This document shows positions 1-8,247 of a stretch of DNA of 51,538 nucleotides, piece by piece. Each line of letters starts with the position of its first letter. The stretch's first letter is position 1. The position numbers and the translations under genes were made by a program. Below the pieces are notes generated by a model. That model was not told the origin of the DNA. It worked only from the letters and a program-made list of their open reading frames with translations, and did no database searches. The stretch covers positions 1-51,538 of IMG/VR virus record IMGVR_UViG_3300043689_000058; one strand, given 5' to 3'. The DNA comes from a virus.

Positions 1-127
1 CATGATGACGTGTCATACAAACTCCCCATCCAAATTCTCCAAAATTTGGAATTCTTGCGAGAGGTCTTCCTCTACACAAACTAATCCAAAATTCGGATTT
101 CTTTCACGTGGTGTATATGCGCAACCG
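1..127. repeat. Terminal 127-nt exact duplicate of 51412..51538 (circular closure or short terminal redundancy)
   Basis: Direct comparison of both window ends: catgatgacgtgtcatacaaactcc ... gtgtatatgcgcaaccg is present at both, no mismatch seen. Confidence 0.95.
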
Positions 128-231
128 ACCCCCCCTGTTTTTGCCCCACCCATCCGGACGTGGGACGGTCGCCGATCGGCAAGTGAATTCCTTTTTCGCT
201 CGAGGGAGAAACCTATTTTATATGACTGTTA

Positions 232-441
232 TTGGATGATACTATGAACAAGCCCTTTAGCGCGAGCAACTTACGTGACGAGCCGTGCAATAACCACTCC
301 GAAGCCATCCACAACCCTCGCAACCCTCCTCAGTACGAGCCGTTCTGGATGTTTGATATCCGTCGCGCTTTGCGCCGCATCGACGCCCAACGAATCGCCG
401 GTCGTAAGGCGAGACATGCCATACGTTTTCCCGTTGGGTAA
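232..441 (+). CDS. hypothetical protein, 69 aa (alternative ATG at 244)
   Basis: Only sizeable + ORF between the VRR-NUC gene (across the junction) and the convergent - gene; no motif recognised. Confidence 0.3.
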   Translation: MDDTMNKPFSASNLRDEPCNNHSEAIHNPRNPPQYEPFWMFDIRRALRRIDAQRIAGRKARHAIRFPVG

Positions 442-513
442 GGTGTTAGAACGTTGCAAAGTGGAAATTTGCCCGCGTTTCGGCATCGAACAGCTTAGTT
501 GAGCTCTCGCAGT

Positions 514-554
514 CTTGCCTTGAGGCAAGCGCTGTTCGACGGCGCATGAGCGCC
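514..554. terminator. two short GC hairpins between convergent genes (candidate bidirectional terminator)
   Basis: CTTGCC-ttga-GGCAAG (514-529) and GGCGC-atga-GCGCC (541-554); no clear U-tract. Confidence 0.3.
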
Positions 555-584
555 TAAGCTCTCAGCGTAGCAATTTGTGAACGC

Positions 585-1016
585 TCACGGCAAGCTTTTT
601 TTGTGATTAATTTTTTGAGCGTTCAGGCGGAGCTGTTCTGGGGTTGTGTTGATGAAGGGGATATCGATGGCGTTAGCGAGTGGCGAATCATTGTGAGCGT
701 GTTCCAAATGGAGGCTAATAGCGACTGGTTTAGGTGCTGGCCAGGCAAAGAGTTTGGAGCAAGCGTCGATGAGGAACTGGAGTTGCCGGATAGCGGAGGC
801 GTTGAGTTCTGGTGGGGCTTGAGCTGCGAGCTGGCAGAGGTTGGCGAGAGCTGTGGCCAAGTTTGAGCGGGAAGCAGCGGAGAGCGAACTGAACTCGGCG
901 CTGTTATAGATGCGCGAGGTAGCGATAATGGACAAGGCTTGGTCGCGCTGTTGGTCGCGTTTACGGCGTTCCTTTTCGGAGATGGGCGGTAAAGGTTTTC
1001 TCATGATAAGAACCAT
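585..1016 (-). CDS. hypothetical protein, 143 aa (139 aa if ATG 1004 is used)
   Basis: Clean ORF, the only leftward gene inside the rightward arm, divergent from the AAA+ gene; Ala/Leu-rich, no catalytic motif seen. Confidence 0.55.
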   Translation of the reverse strand: MVLIMRKPLPPISEKERRKRDQQRDQALSIIATSRIYNSAEFSSLSAASRSNLATALANLCQLAAQAPPELNASAIRQLQFLIDACSKLFAWPAPKPVAISLHLEHAHNDSPLANAIDIPFINTTPEQLRLNAQKINHKKSLP

Positions 1017-1198
1017 AATTTAGGGTGGGCTAATCTCCGCGTGTCAAGCGCGGAAAATTGAAGGCTGCAAAAGCCTCTATTGCCTCGGAAATCTAAGTAA
1101 ATGCATGCTAATACTTGACAATCGATACAATGCGGTCTAATGGTATCGTCGACCGTGATTTTTTTAACGTAACCAACCCCAAATCAAATAGACCAAGT

Positions 1199-2584
1199 AT
1201 GATCGATTCAAGACTTCCTGACACCATCCTTTGCGCTGACGGCGCAACGTGGAAAACCGCGGAACTCTCCCGCGCCATGTTGCAAAGCTATCCGCGCGAT
1301 GCCGTGCGCGAACTGGCCAAAGCCGTGCACAAACACAGAGGAACTTCGTTGCCTTCTTTAACTTGGATAGGCCAACGCGCAACCGTAGACCAGCTCATTG
1401 CGCTGATATTAGGCGATTTTGTTGAGCAAGTGAGCGTAAACGAACCGCAACCTGTGCAAGTGGACGAAAGCGGAGCGTGGACGCCGACCATGAACAAGCC
1501 TTTTCCCGATTTGAACCCGAAACCCGTAGACGACATGGAACGCGTGCTGGGTAACAACGGCCAGCATGACATCGTTTCCGATCTCCGGGACGTGCTTGGC
1601 CGGTTGGGTATCGCTTCGAAAACCGAAGTGAACATGGAGAGCGTGCAAGCCTATGTAGACGACAGATTGCACGGTTCCATCGGAGAGCTTTGCCAAGCCA
1701 TCGATACCTTGCGTACCGAATCGGCCGTCGACGTGGCCAACCGTTTCATGGAGGAAAAAGCGAAATTGCTCGCCCTGGTTCAGGAAGCCCTCGCCAACGT
1801 CCAGACTAAGCGCATCGAAGTAGCGCTCCCTTCCGGCGAAGTAAACAAGGTCGATTGCGCTCATGAAAAATTCGAGGAATGCCTCGCTTATTTGATCTGT
1901 CGCAAAAACGTCTACCTGGTCGGACCTAGCGGTTCTGGAAAAAGCGAGATGCTCAAACAAGCGGCGCAAGCCTTAAGCCTTGAGTATGACGATATCAGTT
2001 GCTGCCAGCAAACGCCTTCCAGCGCATTTCTGGGATTTATGAACGCTAACGGAGGGTATGTCGAAACGGCGTTCCGTAGACGGTACGAAAACGGCGGAGT
2101 GTTCAACGCCGATGAGCTCGACAAAATGAACGCCAATATTGCGGCCGTTCTGAACTCCGGAACCAGTGGAAAAGGAATGAGCTTTCCGGATCGATACGTT
2201 ACCAAGCACGCCGATTTTATCTTTGCCGGAACGGCGAACACCTGGGGCAAAGGCGCCGATCGAAACTATGTCGGTAGCGTCCAGTTAGACGCGGCGACCC
2301 TGGATCGGTTCGCTTTCGTTCCGGTCGATTACGATGAAAGCTTCGAACGCCGACTGGCCGGAAATGATGAGTGGGTAGATAAAATTCAGCATTATCGGGC
2401 TAACGCGGTTAAGAACAATATCCGGATCGTTATCAGCCCTCGCGCATCGATAGACGGGGCTCGTCTACTGGCAAGCGGCAAGCTGAGCGCTGAGCAAGTC
2501 GAAAATGCGTTGCTCTTCAGGGGTTGCGACGCGCTGACGGTGCAGAAAATCAAAGGCCTTTCCGTTTCTGAGGAGGTTGCATAA
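1199..2584 (+). CDS. AAA+ ATPase, MoxR/AAA_5 (CobS/NorQ-like) type
   Basis: Walker A VYLVGPSGSGKS, Walker B GGVFNADELDK, ATLDRFAFVPVDY block typical of MoxR-class ATPases. ORF track starts at TTG 1115; I prefer ATG 1199 because the AAATAGACC leader motif (1186-1194) precedes it as at other early genes. Confidence 0.8.
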   Translation: MIDSRLPDTILCADGATWKTAELSRAMLQSYPRDAVRELAKAVHKHRGTSLPSLTWIGQRATVDQLIALILGDFVEQVSVNEPQPVQVDESGAWTPTMNKPFPDLNPKPVDDMERVLGNNGQHDIVSDLRDVLGRLGIASKTEVNMESVQAYVDDRLHGSIGELCQAIDTLRTESAVDVANRFMEEKAKLLALVQEALANVQTKRIEVALPSGEVNKVDCAHEKFEECLAYLICRKNVYLVGPSGSGKSEMLKQAAQALSLEYDDISCCQQTPSSAFLGFMNANGGYVETAFRRRYENGGVFNADELDKMNANIAAVLNSGTSGKGMSFPDRYVTKHADFIFAGTANTWGKGADRNYVGSVQLDAATLDRFAFVPVDYDESFERRLAGNDEWVDKIQHYRANAVKNNIRIVISPRASIDGARLLASGKLSAEQVENALLFRGCDALTVQKIKGLSVSEEVA

Positions 2585-2585
2585 T

Positions 2586-3482
2586 ATGGGATATCGTCGC
2601 CGCAGAATTCGCAGTTACAGCGCACCGTCTAAACCGCGCGTCAGCCTTCCGTCCGATTGGCAAGATCATGTCGTCTATTACCCAACCGTCAGCGCCTTTA
2701 TCGACCAGTCTTGCGACGGTCGCGACGCTAACGGCGACCAGTTCTGGCAGGGAGTGACCGAATACGAGGAAAGCTTCTACGGCGTAAAAACGCCAGCGCA
2801 AGCGCGGGAACTGGCCACGCACGGATGGCCGGAGGGTCGCGCTATAATCGAGGCGCAAAAGGCCCATATCGATAAGGTGCTAGGGTCTACCCATACGCAA
2901 TACGTTCCGGAATACGATATCACGGGTTCTTACCCGGATGTGGCGCGGTTCGTCGAAGGTATTCCGGAATGCATGATGAGCTTTGTCGAAGTCCCCAACC
3001 CGAACAGCGGGTTTGTCTGGATACACTTTTCGGCCGGCGTAACGGCCGGAGTGTCGAATAAGCACATTCAAATGCAAGGCGCGGTTTGCGGAGCACTGAT
3101 CGATGCGCTGGAAGCTGGCGGTAAACGCGTGAGGTTGACCTGGGAGCGCTCTTCAAAGCAAACCGGCTCTATCACTCTATGGTTTGAACTCAAAGGCTAT
3201 GACGAACCTTTAGAAATGGATCGACTGGCCTTTTTCCTATGCCACAATGCGCCTCGGCGCTGCATGGCCTGGAATTGCTACATGGCTGAAAACATGGGTC
3301 CTTCCCTCGGCGTTGAACCCGGCAATTGTGAGTGCAGACCGTTCACGCACGCTAGCGTGACCGCGCAATCCGATATCCAGATTAATCATCCAGAATGGTA
3401 CGACGAAAGCGCGGCAACCAAGTGGATGATCGACAAGCTCGCTGAATTCGGCATCAAGTTTGACGGCGCTTTCGCGGAGTGA
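2586..3482 (+). CDS. partner of the AAA+ ATPase; possible degenerate VWA-like protein, function unknown
   Basis: ATG 2586 lies 9 nt after AGGAGG (2571-2576) and 1 nt after the ATPase stop. Block FVWIHFSAGVTAGVS...AVCGALIDALEAGGKRVRL looks like a VWA beta1-alpha1 unit lacking the DxSxS MIDAS. Confidence 0.6.
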   Translation: MGYRRRRIRSYSAPSKPRVSLPSDWQDHVVYYPTVSAFIDQSCDGRDANGDQFWQGVTEYEESFYGVKTPAQARELATHGWPEGRAIIEAQKAHIDKVLGSTHTQYVPEYDITGSYPDVARFVEGIPECMMSFVEVPNPNSGFVWIHFSAGVTAGVSNKHIQMQGAVCGALIDALEAGGKRVRLTWERSSKQTGSITLWFELKGYDEPLEMDRLAFFLCHNAPRRCMAWNCYMAENMGPSLGVEPGNCECRPFTHASVTAQSDIQINHPEWYDESAATKWMIDKLAEFGIKFDGAFAE

Positions 3483-3492
3483 ACTGGATAGG

Positions 3493-3522
3493 ACAGGGGA
3501 GAGCGTTGTTTATCTCCCCTGT
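3493..3522 (+). terminator. perfect 10-bp hairpin after the AAA+ pair
   Basis: ACAGGGGAGA-gcgttgttta-TCTCCCCTGT starting 11 nt after the stop at 3482; not followed by a T-run. Confidence 0.4.
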
Positions 3523-3560
3523 AATCCGTTCAAACCAACGGAAACCAAAAATAGACCAAT

Positions 3561-3752
3561 ATGAGAACTAAACCAATCACCAAAGCTCAACGCCAAGCTA
3601 TCTATAAGTTGTTTTGCCGAACTAATCCAGTTAACCGAACCAGCTCTTATCGGAAGTTTCGTAAAGGATTTCTGAATTACGGAGACTATGTCGGAGGCGC
3701 ATGGTGTGGAATGTTTATCGGCATTGAAACGAATGGCTATATACATTCATGA
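3561..3752 (+). CDS. hypothetical small basic protein, 63 aa
   Basis: ORF preceded by the CA-rich leader caaaccaacggaaaccaaaaatagaccaat; ATGA-type overlap with the next ORF. Confidence 0.5.
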   Translation: MRTKPITKAQRQAIYKLFCRTNPVNRTSSYRKFRKGFLNYGDYVGGAWCGMFIGIETNGYIHS

Positions 3753-3946
3753 CAATGACGCCGAAACAACAAAAGCCGTACAACGAATTCAGGCGTCAGA
3801 TCGGCTACGCGAAAACCCGCCTGGATTTTCTGGAACAATCGGTTACCCGCCAGAACTGGTCGGAAGCTAATCGCGACTGGCAAGCGTTGCAGTCTACGTT
3901 GGCGGTTCTTATCAGCAAACGATTCGAAGTCCAAGCTTACCAGTAG
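3749..3946 (+). CDS. hypothetical protein, 65 aa
   Basis: ORF overlapping the stop of the previous gene by 4 nt; helical, no motif. Confidence 0.5.
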   Translation: MTMTPKQQKPYNEFRRQIGYAKTRLDFLEQSVTRQNWSEANRDWQALQSTLAVLISKRFEVQAYQ

Positions 3947-4073
3947 ACCAAAACGGCTAACGCCTGCTAATCACAACACTGTAAAACAATGTAGTTGACA
4001 AGGCCCCGAAACCGGAATAAAAGGGAGTAGGGGCTTTAACTAAACCCTAAACCTAACCAACCAAAAATAGACC

Positions 4074-4502
4074 ATGACTAAAAACACCCTGACTGAAAGC
4101 GATCTTAACCAGCATGCCGGCGGGACCGGCCGTTGGTATTCCTTAGGAATTCCCAGCGCTCGCGTTCACTTCACGGACGGCGCACGTACCGTCTGGGAAA
4201 AAGGCGGAGCGTATTGGCTCCATGATCTGATCGCCATCCATGTGGCCTTCGACCCGGCCTGCAGCACCGTGACCGCGCAGCCGTTCCAAGCTTGGAAACT
4301 CAAAGTTAACCTGCCCGCGCAGAGTGCGGTTCTCACCGCGGACGACGGCAACGGCAACGTCTTTTATCGCGAGGAAATCCCCTACACCGATTTTCCGCTC
4401 GAAAGACTCACCCTATGGGTGGAAGGCGACGGATTCGGCAACGGTCCCGTTCGTGCCGATGGAACCAATCGGGACGTCATTTACCTGCCCTGCGAACACT
4501 GA
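4074..4502 (+). CDS. hypothetical protein, 142 aa
   Basis: Clean ORF; the leader taaaccctaaacctaaccaaccaaaaatagacc runs straight into the ATG; no motif recognised. Confidence 0.7.
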   Translation: MTKNTLTESDLNQHAGGTGRWYSLGIPSARVHFTDGARTVWEKGGAYWLHDLIAIHVAFDPACSTVTAQPFQAWKLKVNLPAQSAVLTADDGNGNVFYREEIPYTDFPLERLTLWVEGDGFGNGPVRADGTNRDVIYLPCEH

Positions 4503-4510
4503 AGGATTTT

Positions 4511-4717
4511 ATGGAAGATAGACTTTGCTGTATCTGCGGCGGGCTGCTTGAGCCCGACTCTGAGTTCCGCAAAATGTGGCCGCACGGCCACAATGCGGAA
4601 CCGGTCGTGCTGGGCGGCAGGTGCTGTTTGAAATGCAACTGGGAGATTGTCGTTCCGGCCAGATTGCAAAACGTAGAAGAAGGTCGACCTCGGGATTGGA
4701 GCCCGCGTAATAATTGA
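4511..4717 (+). CDS. small zinc-ribbon-like protein, 68 aa
   Basis: ATG 4511 follows GAAGGA. Two Cys pairs, CCICGG ... CCLKC; the longer track ORF (4415) overlaps the previous gene. Confidence 0.55.
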   Translation: MEDRLCCICGGLLEPDSEFRKMWPHGHNAEPVVLGGRCCLKCNWEIVVPARLQNVEEGRPRDWSPRNN

Positions 4718-4723
4718 GGCGCT

Positions 4724-4888
4724 ATGCTGCGCGATCTTTTAGACCTACTTAACGACGAGGAAATAATTCGCCTGCGTCACCGGGCAAAGAAAAAGGGTAA
4801 AGAGGAACTGTCCAAAATTTTAAACGAGGTTTTCTACCAAAGGGAATCTCACGAAAAAAACAACCAACCAAACCAACCAGACAAATGA
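4724..4888 (+). CDS. hypothetical protein, 54 aa (below the ORF-track cut-off)
   Basis: Hand translation MLRDLLDLLNDEEIIRLRHRAKKKGKEELSKILNEVFYQRESHEKNNQPNQPDK with no internal stop; its TGA overlaps the next ATG (ATGA). Confidence 0.45.
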   Translation: MLRDLLDLLNDEEIIRLRHRAKKKGKEELSKILNEVFYQRESHEKNNQPNQPDK

Positions 4889-5424
4889 AAAAATACGACC
4901 CTTCACGCGGCTGCGACGACGAATTTCTCGCAGCCCAAAATGACGAACTTTACACGAGCCTGCTCGCAGAGCTTAAAGCTCGTTCAAGCAATCGTTGGCA
5001 GTACGACAAGATTGACTACTGCTGGACCGGCAAATATGCCGATCTGGACTGGCACGGATACCAGGGTTTGCACCTCGATTTTATCGATGACAGCAAAGTG
5101 CGAGCGACGGTCTATACCGGAAAAACCGTTTGCCCCGACGAGGAACACCCCGAAGACGACGAGATTTATTGTGAGATTGTCTGCGGCTGCGGTTATCCGG
5201 GCGAGTGGAGCGGCGACGACTGGTTTTTGACCACGGAAGAACCGATTGAGATCGCCACGGTCCTCAATCCCGAAACCCTGCAGTTAGACGCTGGCGCCAC
5301 GGCTGACGCGCTCTACGATGCCGCGCAAAAAGCGCTCGAGAACTGGGACCGGGAAATGAAGCTTTTAGACGAAGCTTGCGAGGCGCAGTACCGGGAAAGC
5401 AATCCGAAGGAGGTGCGACCGTGA
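4885..5424 (+). CDS. hypothetical acidic protein, 179 aa
   Basis: Clean ORF with a CA-rich leader (caaccaaccaaaccaaccagacaa); Cys cluster CEIVCGCGYPGEW; no family recognised. Confidence 0.7.
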   Translation: MKKYDPSRGCDDEFLAAQNDELYTSLLAELKARSSNRWQYDKIDYCWTGKYADLDWHGYQGLHLDFIDDSKVRATVYTGKTVCPDEEHPEDDEIYCEIVCGCGYPGEWSGDDWFLTTEEPIEIATVLNPETLQLDAGATADALYDAAQKALENWDREMKLLDEACEAQYRESNPKEVRP

Positions 5425-5639
5425 GCATTCCATTGACCGATCCGAAGACTGAAACCCTTTTGCGGCGGAGCTTTAACGGGACCCTGGTGCATCACGCTTA
5501 CTCGTTAGCCTGCCCGTTATACGACCTGATCGAGACGATCCGGAACAACTACTGCGAAGACTCCGAAAAGGAATTCTACGACGACATGCTGGATCGGGTT
5601 TGCCAGATCCTGAACGAGCTGCAGGAAAGGCGCCCATGA
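5421..5639 (+). CDS. hypothetical protein, 72 aa (GTG start)
   Basis: GTG 5421 sits 6 nt after GAAGGAGG and overlaps the upstream TGA; same frame as track ORF 5376..5639. Confidence 0.45.
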   Translation: MSIPLTDPKTETLLRRSFNGTLVHHAYSLACPLYDLIETIRNNYCEDSEKEFYDDMLDRVCQILNELQERRP

Positions 5640-5800
5640 AAATTCTCTGCATACTGGTGTTGCTGCTGCTGGCGGGATGTGAGCGTTACGTCAAAGTCGG
5701 AACTACCAATGAGGGCGATTACTTGATTGTCCGCGACCAGCTCACGGGGAAACTGTATTCCATCCAAGGTCCGACCATGCAGGAGGTAGTTGCGCAATGA
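5636..5800 (+). CDS. small lipoprotein, 54 aa precursor
   Basis: MKILCILVLLLLAGC is a signal peptide with lipobox L-A-G-C; ATGA overlap with the previous stop. Confidence 0.6.
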   Translation: MKILCILVLLLLAGCERYVKVGTTNEGDYLIVRDQLTGKLYSIQGPTMQEVVAQ

Positions 5801-6063
5801 AAATAATGAACGAATCAGTGCCGGAAGGCATGCGCGAGGAGTTCAGCGTGTGGGTTTTTTTGCCCGACGAAACCTACTTCGCCGAAGCGCGGTGGATCGG
5901 TGCGGAAGCCTCGGTGAAGCTTGCCCGCGAGCTCACGTTGCGTCCTGCCGCCAAAGTTGGTCTAATCAATCGGGTGCTGATCACCGATGGCGGCGATTTC
6001 TCCGTGTTCGAATGGGTTTACGGAAAAGGCGTCACTTTCCCTCCTTTGGCTTCCCCTTGTTGA
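5797..6063 (+). CDS. hypothetical protein, 88 aa
   Basis: ORF with ATGA overlap to the lipoprotein gene; last gene before a strong terminator. Confidence 0.6.
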   Translation: MKIMNESVPEGMREEFSVWVFLPDETYFAEARWIGAEASVKLARELTLRPAAKVGLINRVLITDGGDFSVFEWVYGKGVTFPPLASPC

Positions 6064-6136
6064 CGCGGTGGAGTATGGTAACATCCATCCGTCCATAGGA
6101 ATCCTGGTTCTTTTGGGCTTGGTTGGTTACCAAAAA

Positions 6137-6188
6137 GCGCTCGCGTTCAGGTTGTCTTGGTCTTCCTGACGCGAGCCGCTTCTTTTTT
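6137..6188 (+). terminator. Rho-independent terminator inside the rightward arm
   Basis: GCG-CTCGCGT-t-CAGG / 13-nt loop / CCTG-ACGCGAG-c-CGC followed by TTCTTTTTT; ends 5 nt before the ATG at 6194. Confidence 0.65.
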
Positions 6189-6193
6189 AAACT

Positions 6194-6910
6194 ATGAAAT
6201 CAGATATCGAAATTCCCTCCAGAATCGCGGCCCTGCCGCGGGATGAAAAAGGCCGGCCTATTCCCTGGTTTGTCCATCAGGAATCGGGCCAAGCGGTCGA
6301 TTTCCGGGTTGTCGACGGGAGCAAACTCAGACAAGCCGTTGAGGACCGTCTATGCTGGGTCTGCGGCGAAAAGCTCGGCACTTACATAACGTTTGTCTCC
6401 GGTCCGATGTGCGGTGTCAACCGGACCAGCGCCGAACCGCCCAGCCACTATGCCTGTGCCAGATTCAGCGCTAGCGCCTGCCCGTTCCTGTCCACGCCCC
6501 GGATGCACCGCAGAGAAGGGGATTACCCCGGCGAAGTATCTGCCCCCGCCGGGATTGCCCTGGAGCGCAACCCCGGCGTGACCCTGCTCTGGACGACCAA
6601 GGAATTTTCCATCCTTCCCGATGGAGCCGGAGGATTCGTTTTGCGGATGGGCGATCCGACTCAGGTGCAATTCTTTTGCGAGGGCAGACCGGCAACCCGC
6701 GAGGAGCTCGATTACAGCGTGCAAACTGGCCTGCCGCTGCTGCTGGATGTGGCCCGGAAAGACGGCAGCGAAGCGATCCTGTCCTTGAAGAGAATGATCC
6801 GGAAATTCTACCTCGTGGTAGACCATTTCCTGGGCGAGCCGGAAACTTTGCAATCGTTTCAGAGAACCGACCCGGTCGGTCCTTTGCCCGATGGACTCCA
6901 TTTTCATTAA
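6194..6910 (+). CDS. Cys/His-rich putative metal-binding protein, 238 aa
   Basis: Cluster RLCWVCGEKLG ... GPMCG ... PPSHYACARFSASACPFL; family not identified. Confidence 0.7.
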   Translation: MKSDIEIPSRIAALPRDEKGRPIPWFVHQESGQAVDFRVVDGSKLRQAVEDRLCWVCGEKLGTYITFVSGPMCGVNRTSAEPPSHYACARFSASACPFLSTPRMHRREGDYPGEVSAPAGIALERNPGVTLLWTTKEFSILPDGAGGFVLRMGDPTQVQFFCEGRPATREELDYSVQTGLPLLLDVARKDGSEAILSLKRMIRKFYLVVDHFLGEPETLQSFQRTDPVGPLPDGLHFH

Positions 6911-7658
6911 AGGCTGCTTGAGCCAGATCCATTGGCTCAGCTATTGCCTACGCCTGGTCGACCGCAACTGGCTCAAGCCCGATACCGAGATCGTGGTCAT
7001 GCTGGACGAGGATTGCCGGAACGTCGTCTCGCAGTGGGGCAAGTTCCGGCACAGCGTCTTCTACTGCTATTGCCAACCCTGGCCGGACCCTTACATGCAC
7101 GCCTTGTGGTGCAAGGCGACTGCCGATTACTGGACCCGCGGCGACCCGATCATGCTGATGGACTGTGACACGATGCTCACTGAGCCGGCGAAATTAGACG
7201 AATATATTTCGGACGGCAAAATAACCTTGCCTTTCCTGGACTGGCGCAATCGCGGCGATGACGGGGGTGCTTACCGGTTATGGCCGCGCGTGGTCCACGA
7301 ATCAACCGGGCTGGAATTAGACCGGGACTGGATGGTCAGCCGGCCGTGGATCTTCTGGCGCTCAACTTTTGTTGATGCCAGGCGCCTGGTCGAGGAGCAT
7401 AAACGCCTGCCCTTTTACGCTGCAGTCTACTCAAGCGCTCGCTACGACTGGACCCGCTACGCTCGGCACCCGTTCACCTTCTGTGATTTGGAGAACCTCG
7501 GGTTAGCCGCGGCGATTTATCATCCTGCCCGCTACGCTCCAGGCAATTTAGCGACTCTCTACGCCGCCGGACGCAAAGACAAGTTCCGCGACATGTGGAG
7601 CCACACCCATTTCACGCCAGAACTGCAGGCTGAGCTCTCGCAGCTTTTGCAAAGTTGA
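6891..7658 (+). CDS. putative GT-A-like glycosyltransferase (weak), 255 aa
   Basis: Hydrophobic-strand plus acidic motifs IVVMLDED and IMLMDCDTM resemble the nucleotide-sugar/DxD elements of GT-A enzymes; by eye only. Confidence 0.5.
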   Translation: MDSIFIKGCLSQIHWLSYCLRLVDRNWLKPDTEIVVMLDEDCRNVVSQWGKFRHSVFYCYCQPWPDPYMHALWCKATADYWTRGDPIMLMDCDTMLTEPAKLDEYISDGKITLPFLDWRNRGDDGGAYRLWPRVVHESTGLELDRDWMVSRPWIFWRSTFVDARRLVEEHKRLPFYAAVYSSARYDWTRYARHPFTFCDLENLGLAAAIYHPARYAPGNLATLYAAGRKDKFRDMWSHTHFTPELQAELSQLLQS

Positions 7659-7665
7659 AATAAAA

Positions 7666-8247
7666 TCAAAGAACCACAGGTTCCTTGCGAGACTGGAATT
7701 GGAACATCCCGGTTTGCGGATCGCGCAAGGTTAACGGGATAAGAGTATGGCCTTTACTCTTGCCCTTAAGCTTGACTTCGCCTTTTAAAAGCGCGGAGCG
7801 TTTCTTTATCGTGCCTTCCTTCATTCTCTGCTTGTACCTCTGGTAAGCTCCGTGACGCTGCGGGCTATCAAGCCTCATGATTCCCGTTGGCGCCGCGAAT
7901 ATCACCGCTTCCGGCGCCACGGCCTCTCCGCCATCGAAAGCTTTGAGGTTCGCTTTCGCGGGTTTGGTGATAATATAACGCTCCAGCCGCGGTTTTCCGC
8001 CTTTGGCTTTGAGTTCGACGTAAGCCACCCCGCGTGCGACCCAGCAGAGTTCTGATCCATACATCCGTCGACAAGCCAATGCGTACATGCAATGGGACGG
8101 ATCGCCTTTAACTCCGTCAGCGATGTCTTTTTCGCTGGGTTGCAGCAGGAAAGTGAATTTTCCGTCTACCACCGGAATTTTCGTGCCGTCAGCTTTCGTC
8201 GCCATCCTTAGTTTGTCGCTGATCTTTATTGAAGACTTGTGTCGCAT
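7666..8247 (-). CDS. hypothetical protein, 193 aa (179 aa from ATG 8205 after TAAGGA)
   Basis: Last gene of the leftward arm; its stop is 7 nt from the convergent + gene stop; Lys-rich C-terminus, no motif. Confidence 0.6.
   Translation of the reverse strand: MRHKSSIKISDKLRMATKADGTKIPVVDGKFTFLLQPSEKDIADGVKGDPSHCMYALACRRMYGSELCWVARGVAYVELKAKGGKPRLERYIITKPAKANLKAFDGGEAVAPEAVIFAAPTGIMRLDSPQRHGAYQRYKQRMKEGTIKKRSALLKGEVKLKGKSKGHTLIPLTLRDPQTGMFQFQSRKEPVVL

Noticed and set aside
1109-1143. TTGACA at 1115-1120 as the -35 of the AAA+ operon promoter (and TGcTAATAC at 1106-1114 as an extended -10)
   Set aside because: The hexamer 17 nt downstream (TAATGG) matches the -10 consensus poorly, and the extended -10 reading lacks a -35. 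Neither is good enough to annotate. The region 1017-1198 probably holds divergent promoters that I cannot place.
7659-7665. The 7-nt gap between the convergent ends of the two arms as a regulatory site
   Set aside because: It is too short to hold a hairpin, and only a weak GAACC-aca-GGTTC stem lies nearby inside coding sequence. This is noted as an absence of a terminator, not a feature.
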